45,653 nucleotides of DNA from Peribolospora baueri (taxonomy: Eukaryota): NCBI GenBank assembly GCA_029717555.1, contig JAMDHS010000009.1, forward strand, positions 310,001 through 355,653. Reading direction: 5' to 3'. The translations under genes were made by a program, and so were the position numbers. This document shows positions 25,964-37,336 of the stretch, piece by piece. The notes below the pieces were generated by a model, which searched no databases, had not been told where the DNA came from, and saw only the letters and a list, made by a program, of their open reading frames with translations. Each line of letters begins with the position of its first letter. The first letter of the stretch is position 1.

Positions 25964-28900
25964 TTAGGCACCGGAGCTGGAGATATCAATGGCGAGCGGG
26001 TCCTGTCGCGAGTGAACAATCAGCCCAAGGCATTGCATCGTGTCGCACGAAATCAAATCAAGGTAAAGGGAGAGAAAATGGCTCGGTCAGCGCCGTCCGC
26101 TTCTCGCGCACAAACGAAGCGGACAATCGGCGGTCTGTCGGTCGTCAAGCGGACGGCCGAGTGACGGACAAACGTACCTTGCCGGACTTGATCTCGGTTT
26201 TGGTGGGCATCTTTCCGATGCGGAGTAGCTCGGAACATTGCGATACGAGCGGGTCGCGACCCATGCTGATTGGAAAGAAGATTTGTGACAGAGGTGGACG
26301 GTAAATGAAGTGAAGAGGCAAGAAGGAAGGCACGCAGGCCGGTGCTAGCCACCGTGCCCTGAGCCCAGAGCCCAGCTACGCTGATCTCAACCATCGACGT
26401 AAATCTGCGTGCCCACTTACCTTGAAACGGCGACGACCGTTTCTCCGTGGAAATAATACGCCGCGAACTTGAGCTCGGCGGCGTTGCCGTCGATAAACAC
26501 GTCGTCGAACTTGGGGCCGTCCGAGCCGCAGTAGCGGAGTTGAGCTCCCAGGGCCGACCAGAAGATTGGAACCTGAGTAGAGAAGAAAAAAGAGTTGGAA
26601 TCACGGTGGGGGGGCAATAAAAAAGAAGGCCAAAACGTTGGTCAAGTTGCGCCCGAAACCGCCCCATTAACATGACCCATGAACGGGCCCCACGAACGGG
26701 CGCGAACATGCACACACCTTTTGGAAAGGTGCTGGCTTTCCAGCAACCGTGTGACCGACTGAACGACCGTGGTTACCGGCGACATTCCAGTGCTCGATGC
26801 GGACTGGCATGCCGGTGCGCTTAGATGGGTAGGTAGCAATGTCACCTTCGTGAGGTCAGGAGACCAGTGCGTGTTTGGAGATGGATAGAGGAATCCAATG
26901 GGGAGCATCAGTGAGCGGGTCCGTGGAAAAGCAAGAGGGAGAGCGTGAGTTAGGAGGAGAAACGAGTACCGGAGAAGGACCGAAGGCGGAAGAACGAAGC
27001 TCACCAAGAGCAAACACCCCGTCCTTTCCAGGAACCCTCAATAGTTCATCCACCTTGATACTCCCATCCTTCTCCAGCTCCAAGCCGCTGCCCTTCAAAA
27101 AGTCTGTCGCGGGTGCGACACCGACGCCCAGGACGACCGCGTCCGCGGGGAGAGCGGTTCCGTCCGTCAGGTGGACGGCATTGACGGTGTTAGATTCAGT
27201 GGTGGAGAAGGAGCCGACAGAGAGGTCTGTATGGAAGCTGATGCCGTTCTTTTGCATTGCCTGAAGGGTGGCAAATGCAAAGACGACGTGAGCGCGATCA
27301 ATTGTCATCTTCTAGCCGGTGCACTCAGGACCTGACCCGAGCCCGGAACCCACCTTCATGATCGCCTCGCCAACCTGGGGGCCGAGGATCCCCTCAAACG
27401 GCACCTTCTCTATGCCTACAATGTGCACCTCGGCACGTTTGAACGTGGCGTTGGCTAGCTCCATGCCGATGAAGGAGGTACCCACGATGACGAGTTTCTT
27501 CTTTGTGGTGGAAGAGCCATCTTGGTTACCGATGGCTACATAGTGCGAAGGAAGCAGAGCAAATTAATGTGAGATGGGTTGTGCACAGAAGAAAGGAGCG
27601 AAGGAGCACGCACCTTGGTTGATGGCCTTGGCGTCCAGAACGGTCCGAAGGGTAAACACGTTATTAGCGTCGGCTCCTTTGACAGGCAGACGCTGCGCAG
27701 TATGAAACCGAGCGTAAAGCGAACGGCATTGGTAAGACGAGCACACCAGTCGGACGTAGACTACCCTAGCCAATGCGCGCTGAGCTCAACCATGCGAGGG
27801 ACAACCGAAGAAGCTATGCGAATAACCGAAGACGCACCCTGGGCTTGCCTCCCGTGGCGAGAACCAGCGTGTCGTAATGCACCGATTGACCGCCGAAATT
27901 TACCTTCTTGTTGGCAATGTCGACCGAGTCGACATGCTGTGTTGACGAAGGTAACGGGAAGATGTAGGGGCAGACGGAAAGAGGAACGAAAAGACTACGT
28001 TAAGGTTGAATTGCAGATAAAAGCAACGGGAAGCCCCTGTCCGCCCCTTGTTGGCCAACGACCCGGAGCAGTCGAGCTGGTTCCCACTTTGTGACCGTGG
28101 CCCCCCTTCCTGCCAATGATAGTAAACACTCACAACGCCCGAATGAAAGTCCACGCCCAACGTGTCCCGGAGGAAATCCTCGGAGCGCCAGGCGAGCTTG
28201 GAGGGATCGTCGATGAGGGCCTTGGAGAGCTTTGTGCGGTCGATGGGGGGGTAAGGTTCGGCAGAAAGGACGATGATGGGGAAAGCGTAGCCGTTCTATT
28301 TGCATGTCCGTGCGGAGTCGATAAACAAGGGGAGAGACGAGACAAGAAAAGGACATCAGCATGAAAACGAGCTTGAACGTTGGCTAAGCCTCGGCGTAGA
28401 CGCATGCGCATGTGTACTAGAGCACACACTCAAAACACCGCGCAGACCAACGACACGCAATGTTCGCAAGCTCACCTCCCTAAGCGTCTCGATCAGCTGG
28501 ATCGTCCCCGAGCCTCCGCCGACTACAACGGTCCCCTTCACAACGTCCTTCTGCGTCTTCTGAACCTCGGCAGCGGAAGGAGAGGGGTGGCGGAAAGAAG
28601 CACACTTCTGCGGGTCGCCCTCGACAAAGACATCCGTACCCTGGAGAGATGTCTTAAAGACATGGAGGCTCGAGAGGCCCGGTGCGTCCTCGATGTCGCC
28701 AGTGGTGAGGGAAAATCTGGGGGAGCGAGGAAATGCACGACGCACGGTTCATTCAGTCTTTACCATCGTTCAACGGATCGCCTTCAAAGGCGCAACCAAC
28801 CGACTTACTTGGCCCCGTGCCAAGGACAAGTGACGCATGCCTCGTTGGTCAACACGCCGTTACTGAGCGGGGCTCCATAGTGGCTGCACTTGTTGGACGT

Positions 28901-29188
28901 CGCATACCACTTGTCTCCTACACGGGCAAGGAGGATCTTGTTACGCTCCTCGTCTCCAAACTGAAAGGCTCTCTTCTCGCCATCTTTGAGGTCGGAAATG
29001 GAGCAGATACGTTGACGGACGGTAGACATGGCGCTGCAGGGATACGCCAGGCCGGTGGTGGTGACGACTGGGAAGCGGTATGAGAGTGCGGCTGGGAGCG
29101 CGGCGGTGGGTCGCTGTCCTTGGAAGCTTCTTTGAAAGCTGTTGGTGAGGAGACGTCTTGGGCCAACGATGGCGTTGAGCAGTAGCAT
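25964..29188 (-). CDS. Rieske [2Fe-2S] + FAD/NAD oxidoreductase (AIFM3/Nfrl-like apoptosis-inducing-factor homolog)
   Basis: Rieske ligands CSHYG..CPWHG; VVVGGGSG, IDRTKLSK, IVGTSFIGME, RIEHWNVA and VPIFWS. Last exon DPLAIDISSSGA*. Confidence 0.9.
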
Positions 29189-29655
29189 GAACAGGGATGG
29201 GAGTGCTGGCGTCGAGTCGAGTCCCCGCCGTTCGCCATTTTCTTTCTTTCTCAGCCTTATCCGTTCACCGTCTTAAACCCCATCGTTGCCGATCGGGAGC
29301 ATGAAGGCGGGTGGATCACGTAATCAGACGATGGGCTCATCCGCCCATATCCTCGCATGTCCGTGATCGGCACGTGGGTGCACGTGCATGACGCAATGAT
29401 GCATGCCATGCCGATCATCGAGCCGGCCACCCGATCAAGGGAAACGAAGAGGCGGGCGAGGAGGGGAAGGGGGACCGATGGATGGGCAGGGGAGGGGGAG
29501 GGGGCAAAGGAGGAAGGTGGACAACTGGAGCACCGTCACGTTCCCCCTCTTTCCCCTCCACCTCCATCCTCCTCTCTTTGCTCACGCCAGCCAGCTAGCC
29601 AGCCTTTTTTGTCTTTGAGCTTCACCTCCAACTGCCTGCAACCAGCTTATCCACA

Positions 29656-30620
29656 ATGCCGCCAGCACTCCCCGGCCTCCTCATCGACCTACCCCGCAAC
29701 CCGGTCCTTGCCGTCGGCATCCCCGTCCTCCTTGGCTCCTCCGCTGGCATTGTCACCCTCAGGCCTGGAAACCCTTACCAGCCCGAAGGACGGTGGTACA
29801 AGGGTCTCCGGCAGCCTTTCGGTTCGGTGGGTGCCATGGTGGACGAGCAGCCATTAGTCGTCGAAGATTCGTCCGGGGAGAAGAGAGAGATGGCCTGCAA
29901 GAAGTTGCGAATGAGGATACTATCGAGAACGCCTCATTTTGTTGTTATCGAAGCTAATCATCCTCCGCTCTTCATTCCCCCCCATAGCCCCCGCGCTGGC
30001 TTCTCACCCCTGCATGGACGCTCCTCTACGCCACCATGGGCTATTCCTCCCACCTACTCGTCAAGCGCCTCGACATCACTCCTCCCGGTTTTGGTAGGGA
30101 CAAGACCAAGAATGCACTTACGCTTTTCTACACTCAGATGGGCCTCAACCTCGCTTGGTCGCCCTTGTTCTTCGGCGTTGGTCAGGTGCGTGTCCTCTTC
30201 GCTTCATGTCGCCAGCTTCCGGTTTCTAGTGATTAAAGCCCAACCATTTTCGCTTTTCGCTCTTTCTCTACTTTAGATCGGTCTAGCCCTAGTGGACATT
30301 CTCGCTCTGCTCGGCACCAACATCGCCCTCTTCAGAGAGGCGCGCGACATCGATCCGGATGCGGCCGCTTTCCTCTTGCCTTACCTCGGATGGGTCGGCT
30401 ATGCCACGTATCTCAAGTGAGACTTCACACTTGAACTCCTCTTGCGATCCTCGATTAGAAACATGGACCGCTAGGCTCATCCATTCCACTCACTCTTCCG
30501 CCCCTTCCCACTTACAGCGCGGGCGTGTGGTGGCTCAACTGCGGCCAATACTGGCTCGGCCTGGCCAAGGACAAGGCTGAGGAGGCCAAGGACGATCTGG
30601 AGAAGAAGTTCAACAAGTGA
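29656..30620 (+). CDS. TspO/MBR translocator protein
   Basis: WYKGLRQP..PPRWLLTPAWTLLYATMGY..LNLAWSPLFFG..LLPYLGWVGYATYLN. Stop at 30618-30620. Confidence 0.92.
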
Positions 30621-31294
30621 GCCGGCGATGCCGTCTGACTGAGTCAAGGGAAGGTGAGAGCTGTGCGAAGCGCGTTGGATAGGCGGAAGCAGTCCAGGGC
30701 GAATCCTCAAGCGATCTGCGGTCTGAACGGAGTTGGTGGACTACCTGGACAACGGAGGGTTTGGCGTCCTGATCGCCATGGAAGATGTATTGTAACTATC
30801 CACTACAAGCCGTGAACCACATTAAAGTACTGTATGTAGCACGAAATCAACTTTAAGGACAAGTCTCGCCGATTCCTACATGCGACGCATGTCGATCACC
30901 CGATCGCCCTTCGGGGTCTTTAGTCCAGACATCCCTTGTCGCTGCGAAGGGAAGTACCAGAGTAGTAGGGCTCCTCAAGTAATCCCGAGCTGCCGACAGT
31001 CAAGTTCACACGTGGCCTGCGTCTTAACACCTTGCTCCGCATCCGGCCGACCGCCGCATGCGATCCTCGTCGACGTCTCATAGAGCTCTCTCCAATAACC
31101 AGACACTCAATGGCTATAGATGAACCCGGAAGAGTACATCAGCACGGGTTCTTCTATTAACGATTCATCACAGATTCTCCTCTAAACTGGTTCAGCACAA
31201 TTGCGACTGTACAGATATTATACAACTGGGAGAAGGAATGTAGATAATAAGCTGTACTAAGATATCATCTGCGCTCTTGCGGACCAGGTCTCGT

Positions 31295-33534
31295 TCAGGT
31301 GAAGAAGAGATCGACGACTTATGACAGGGACACAAGGACAGGGTAGTTAGCACGCGATTCCCTGCCGGCACTGGCAAGGACCACTCACAAATAGTCGTGA
31401 CACCCAAAATGATCTCGAGGACGATCAGGTAGATGACTACCATCTCGAGATATTCGCCGTGGCTGCTCGAAACCTGGTCCTTTAGTAGCTGCAGCATATC
31501 CTGGAGCACTTCGACGCGGGCGTTAAGTAGGTCGATCCGTTGTGGGATCTCAAGGTAGGAGCGGGCCGCAGAATAGAGGGGTTCTGCCGACGAAAGGTTA
31601 AATGGTGTGAGTGGCGCCTTCCCGTGAACGGATCCGCCATAATGCGCTCACCGAGGTCGGGTTGTGCCCCTGAGAGAATTAGGTAGTCAGCACAGGAGTC
31701 CGTCTCAAGTAAGTAACGTCACAGGCCCTTGCTGAAGTCCTCCTCAAGCCGGACTCACAGAAGATTTCAGGAGAGTCGACGATGCTTCCAACGAGATGGA
31801 TGTTCATCCGCAGAATAAAGAGATGGCCGATCTGCTTCATTATCTCCTGAGGTGGCATTCCGACCTTGCCCGAGTCAGCGATGGATTGTGGGATGTCCTA
31901 CGCGATCGACAAAGATGACGAGTTGTTGTCAGCGACGGCACAGGGGCGGGGGCCGACGGTCCTCATCAGGAGCTCACCTTAGTGGTCTCAATCGTGTTTT
32001 CGATGACGGCCTCGAAGAAACTTATCTTCGCGCTCTGCGCTAGAGCATGCGAGAGGGAGAGCTTGGTCATATAGCTTGAGCCTTGACGAAGAGTTATCAC
32101 GTCGTTATAGATCCTGAAGGGTTGGGAATGTAGTGAGGCATGTCAGCGCGGCCAATAGATCCTCCGGGAACACGGCGCGTACTCACCGACTGTACTCGGC
32201 TAAGTACCACGTCAGGTCCTCACACTGGACGTCCTCCGCCGCGAGTTTCTCCACCTCGAAGCGTTTCAGCTCGCGCAGCAGCCTTCGTTCCTCGGACTCT
32301 GACATGCCCCAGATGACGACGGCTACCAGATGAGCGAGATCTCCCCGTCAGCTGCCTAGCCTAGGGTTACATTAAAGTCCAGTTTCCACAACAAAGACGG
32401 AGCACTCACTGCCGTATTCCATAAAGAAAACCTCCGGCAGCGCCTTGTCGACTTGAAAGCGACCTCTCTTTGGCTTGGTCGCCTTGACTATCTGATGTCC
32501 GGATGACGGCAGGTCACTCCGTGCGCTTGTGCTTCCTCCGTCTCCTCCCCCCATCGCACCCTGAATCTCTCCGGCAGCCTCGCCACCGGTCTTCGGTGCA
32601 TCTTCCGCGCGCACAATGTTTGCATCGTTGAGCTCTGGCACTCCTAAGAGATCACCCGTCTTCGCCGCTGCTGAGGTGGACGCCGTGTCGATCACAACAT
32701 TCGCTCCACCCAGAACGCCCTTCCCAGCGCTCTCCTTCCTCCTCTCACGCCCACCGTGCTGCTTGCGCCCGTGTCGTTGAGAGTCGACGTGCTCATAGGT
32801 GTAGGTGGTGTAGACGCACTCGTCGAATGTTTTTGGATTCGTCTCATGTGTGCTCCGGCGGGCTTGGAGCCAAGCTGTGAGCTCCCGCATCCGATAAGAC
32901 CTGCAATAGAGTGACATATAAGCACAGGAACAAAAACAAAGGATACAGATTTCACGACCCGTGCAGACAAAGACTCACGTCGCGGTAGAGTAAGCCGTGA
33001 CCCTGGGCAGTTTGGCCCTCGCTCTCCTCGTAAGCCTTTGCGCATCTCGTCGCATAGTACCTTCCGGGATGTGTGCCAACTGCTTGTAGACCTCCACCGC
33101 GTTCTCCTCCTCCTCCTCCTCTCCCTCATCCGAGCGGTCCTCCTCATCCGAAGGCGGCTCGGGAACGTCCTCGGAAGGCGCAACGTGCGGAGTTTGGACA
33201 TCCGGCTCCGCCTGTCTGCCCGTAGTTGTCGATGGTGTCGCGGGGGCCGGTTCGGGCTCTTCAGGAAGTATTTTGAGCTTACCAGAGGCTTTAGAGCTCC
33301 TGAGAGACGCGAAAGGGAGAAGATCAACGCCAGCCAGACCTTCGCAAGATCCGAGGGGACGCACCGATTCGGGCCCGTCTTCTGACCGGGCCTTTGACCG
33401 CGCTCGTAAAAATTCGGCAGTCCGCCCCCAGATAGCAAGGTGGGACCTGTGCCAGCGGAGATTCCCTTGCCACTGCCACTACCACTGCCAAATCCAGGCA
33501 GACCGCCAGGAGAAGAGAAGCGTCTCGCCGCCAT
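31295..33534 (-). CDS. RMD1: Sporulation protein RMD1 / DUF155 family
   Basis: KLPRVTAYSTA, EVFFMEYG-TVVIWGM, IYNDVITLR, KLSLSHALAQSAKISFFE, SPEIFW and YLEIPQRIDLLNARV. Confidence 0.9.
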
Positions 33535-33910
33535 GTCGAGCAGATGGGAGTTGACGAACGGTGGATGGAGGAGTGATCGAGATCGGCGGCCGGGCCTTGG
33601 TTCGATCACTGCGGAGCGAGCTGCGGTCGTTCCTCGTCACGTGGATTCCCGTGTCGCTATAGCTCGCCTTCTGTGAAGTCCTGTATCATCCACCGACTCG
33701 TGCATAGTTTTTACGACTTTTTGGTGCTGCTCCCACGTACAGTTTTTAAAAGGGGCCCTGCGCTCAACAATCTGGATCATGGAAGAGTTCGAAACTAAGA
33801 ATTGACTCTCCATGTGGACGCGACGGGCCCTCCGTTGGTCCCGCGGCGTTCGATATTCCTCCTCCGCATTTCCACCACAACGATTAGAGAACGAAATTTC
33901 TCGGGAATTG

Positions 33911-36884
33911 TCAAAGCAAACTCGGAACCAATGGTCCAAGCAGCATGGCTTCGCACACTTCCCCCGCATCCAGCCTCGTCTTTGCACCGGGACCGGGCTG
34001 CAAGCCGGGCAAGCACACGAGACCGTTGGCCGTCGCCATGCTCGCCATCCGAGAGGAGCGTTGACCGCCTGTCGAATGCGCTTGAAGAAAAACGGGTGAG
34101 GACGGATCGCTGTCCGTGATGGGCGAGGCCGAGGCGACAGGCGAGATAATCACTCGATGAAATTCGGGACGCGGATCCAAGCGCATGGGATCGGCGAGCT
34201 GGACGAGTAAACGAAGAGTTCGTCCGTCGGAGAGCGAACAAAAAGGCAGAAGGGTCAATGATTCCGAAGTCCGCGCAATCACACAACTCAAAAGCAAAAG
34301 GAATCTGACTCACTCGAACCTTCACCCTGGGCACCTCCCAGGGCCTGCCGATAATGACTCCGTCCACGGTCACTCCGTAGCCGGATAGTTTGCGCAAGGC
34401 GGGTAGGATAAAAACGTAGAAGCACACGAGGGCAGAAGCCGGGTTGCCTGGCAAGGCGAACACCAACTTTTTAGCTTGTACGGCGTGCCCAAATGCCGTA
34501 TCTCCTTCTAAGGAGGGGACAGTAGCAGAAGTGGTGGCGAACGAAGTGGGCTTCCCGGGTTTCATGGCCACACGGCCGAAGTGGATTGTGGCGTCCAGTT
34601 CACGCTCAAGGAGCGGCTTGAGCACGTCAGACTCGCCCATCGAGGTGCCGCCTGTGGTTATAACCAGGTCCGCTGAAGAGAGGCCGCGACGGAGGGCAGC
34701 GAGGGTGGATGGGATGCTGTCAACGAAGAGACGAAATGGGGTACGGTAGTGAGCTGATCTTTCGGCCGCCGAGCCACAGGGCGCTCTAGCGTCCCGGTTG
34801 AATCATAACGCGGCGACGTGACTTACTTGTCTCCCACGATGCCCAGATCGACGACCTTGTATCCTTGTGACTCAATCGCCATTTTGAGCGCAGGCCGGTT
34901 GGTATCCGTCACCGTCTTCAATCCCTCTCCACCTGATATGGTCCTCTCTTCCTCTGCTTCTCCTCCGCTTCCGTCGCTGTCATGTAGATCCTTGATCTCC
35001 TCGCCAGTGCTAAGGACGGCCACCGTCGGCTTCCTAAACACCTTCACAGCTCGACGGCCCACAAATGCTAGAGTGCCTACTTCGCCGCCTAGTGCGCTGA
35101 TCTGTTGGCCGGCACGTAGAACCACATCCCCTGCGCGAACGTCTGAGCCAGGAGGTCGTACGTTCTCCGCGACTGAGACTGAGACGAGGAGCTCTACCTC
35201 GTCTTCTTCCTCTATGTCCTGGCCTTGTACGACTCCTACAGTCGGTGTCGGATTGGCAGGTGAACCGGTGGCAGAGCCGCTGGCGGACGAAATGGAACGA
35301 GAGGAAACAAGTCTGGTATCCTCCACCATAACCACGGCGTCCGCACCTGGAGGCAGAGCCTGACCGGTGTTGACGCGGTATATGTGTCCGGCCGGGAGAG
35401 AGATCGTGGACCATTGCGTCGACGGCAGGTTGCGCGAGGTCAACACTTTGAACGTCCCCGCTCCATCCGAGGCTTTCCCCGTTATACGTTAAGATCGCAA
35501 GATCGAAAGAAGAAAGGGAGCGCGCATGTTTAGCAAAAGAATACCTGGGCCACTTTCCACCTGTTATCGCTCGCTCCATCCACAAACTATCATTTCTCGT
35601 CTCCTTACCGCGAACAGCGTACCCGTCCACGTTGGTCGTCCTCGCCCGGGGAATGTCCCAGTTGGCAGCGACGTCTTCCGCCAGGACATATCCGAGGAGC
35701 TTCTCGTCAACGCGGAGCGTATGCACGTCACTCTCCGAAGCGTTCCTAGGATTACAAATCGGCGAGGGAGTGTGTTCGTCGATAAGGGAGAGGGCTTTTG
35801 AAAGCGAAATAATGGGATAGGGCGACGAGCGCTGGCGTGCTCCGACTGAATAAAACAAGGACAGACGTAACGAGAGTTTGACTCTGAGCATCTGCATACA
35901 CAATCACGCGGCAAACTCATAGATCTCAATGACTCACCAGGTTTGGATGGATCATTGGAGACAAACTGCCGCGTCCTCGGCACCGGCGCGCGGTGATCAT
36001 TGTGGCCGTGGTGGTGCTGGTGGTGTGGGTCATGGGAAGTGCCGTGACCGCGGCCGTGGGCGTGCGAGTGATGATGAAGGAGATGAGGATGCTCTTGCCT
36101 ACTTCTACCCTCCCTGCTTGCGCTCGTCTTTTGGCCATCACCCTCTCGCTCTTGACGGTCCATCTCCGCATGAGTTGAAGCGCCGTTACCTCCAGTGACG
36201 AGCTCGAGGGCGTGAGACATCACGCTCACCGTTTGCAGTCCCGGTCCGCCGAAGAGGGCCTCTGCACACTCTCGGATGGCCTTGGGAGAACCGGGTAGAG
36301 AGACGATGAGCGAGGTGCCCCGGATGCCGGAGATAAGTCGGGAGAGGGCAGCAAGAGGTGTGCGGGCCAGGGACGAAGAAAGGAGGTGGTGGGTGAGGCC
36401 CGGGGTGGGGCGTTGGATCAACGAGCTGATGGCCTGAGGAACGCGGAACACTGATCAGCCATACCTCTCTACAGATGGAATGGTAATGAGATGACCCACT
36501 TCTGGGGTGACGTCTCTGACGCCAAAGCCAGTGCCCCCGGTGGATAGGACGAGGGCAAGTTTCAGCTCGTCGCACCACCGCTTGACGACGGTGATGATCT
36601 TATCGGCATCATCGGGGACGATATCAGATACGACAATGCGATAGGACGCATCATGGCTCTTCTCGACGAGCTCGCGTAGGAGCGGCCCTGATGCATCTGT
36701 GGAAGGCGAGCGGGAGGAGGTGTCGCTGACTGGAGGCGGGGCGGATAAAGGATGGAACGTGGAAAGGAAGAAACAGTGCTGCTTAGTGCCGGCAGGTAGA
36801 CCCGCTACACCTCCTCCTACCACCACTACTACTCCTCTGTGTAATCCCTTCTGGCTCACCGGTAAGCACTCCGACGGCGTACAT
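33911..36884 (-). CDS. Gephyrin/Cnx1-type molybdenum cofactor biosynthesis protein (MogA G domain + MoeA E domain)
   Basis: MYAVGVLT-VSDT, STGGTGFGVRDVTPE, LPGSPKA, His-rich linker, VDGYAVR, VAVLSTGEE, GRVAMKPGKPT, LPGNPASA and GGQRSSR. Confidence 0.93.
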
Positions 36885-37336
36885 GTTGGGGAGGTGATTG
36901 GAATGTTTGGCGAAGCGCATGTGCGATGGACTGTGGTGGACAGCGAGCGGTCAGAAAGGAGTCCCACTGTCCATGTTAGATAACCGTGACGCGATAACGA
37001 TCGATCACCCACTGCTGAGCCTCCCGCCACTGCTCAGCAGTCAACGAACCGGACAGGGGAGATGGGGAGGAGAGCAGGTGCTCCCGCGCGTTTGTCGAGG
37101 TGCGCAGGCGTTGTGTTCGGCAATGGGACTACAACCAGGACTAGCATTCAACGTCGGAAGATATGGAGGACAAGTGATGCAATTCGCTTCCATATACCTC
37201 TAGAGTCACACGGCGATTCCCAGGCCTGTTTTCCTAGTTGATGTCACTCCACCGATTTTAACGCTACCTGTCTATATCTATAAGACAGTAGGGGTTTAAT
37301 CATCATCCCGACTGGGCTATCTTGAGATCTCCTCGT

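Noticed and set aside
25439..26164. 241-aa plus-strand ORF and a weak hairpin at about 25542-25620
   Set aside because: No recognisable domain, overlap with the AIF-like 3' end in antisense, short interrupted pairing and no snRNA, RNase P or MRP motifs.
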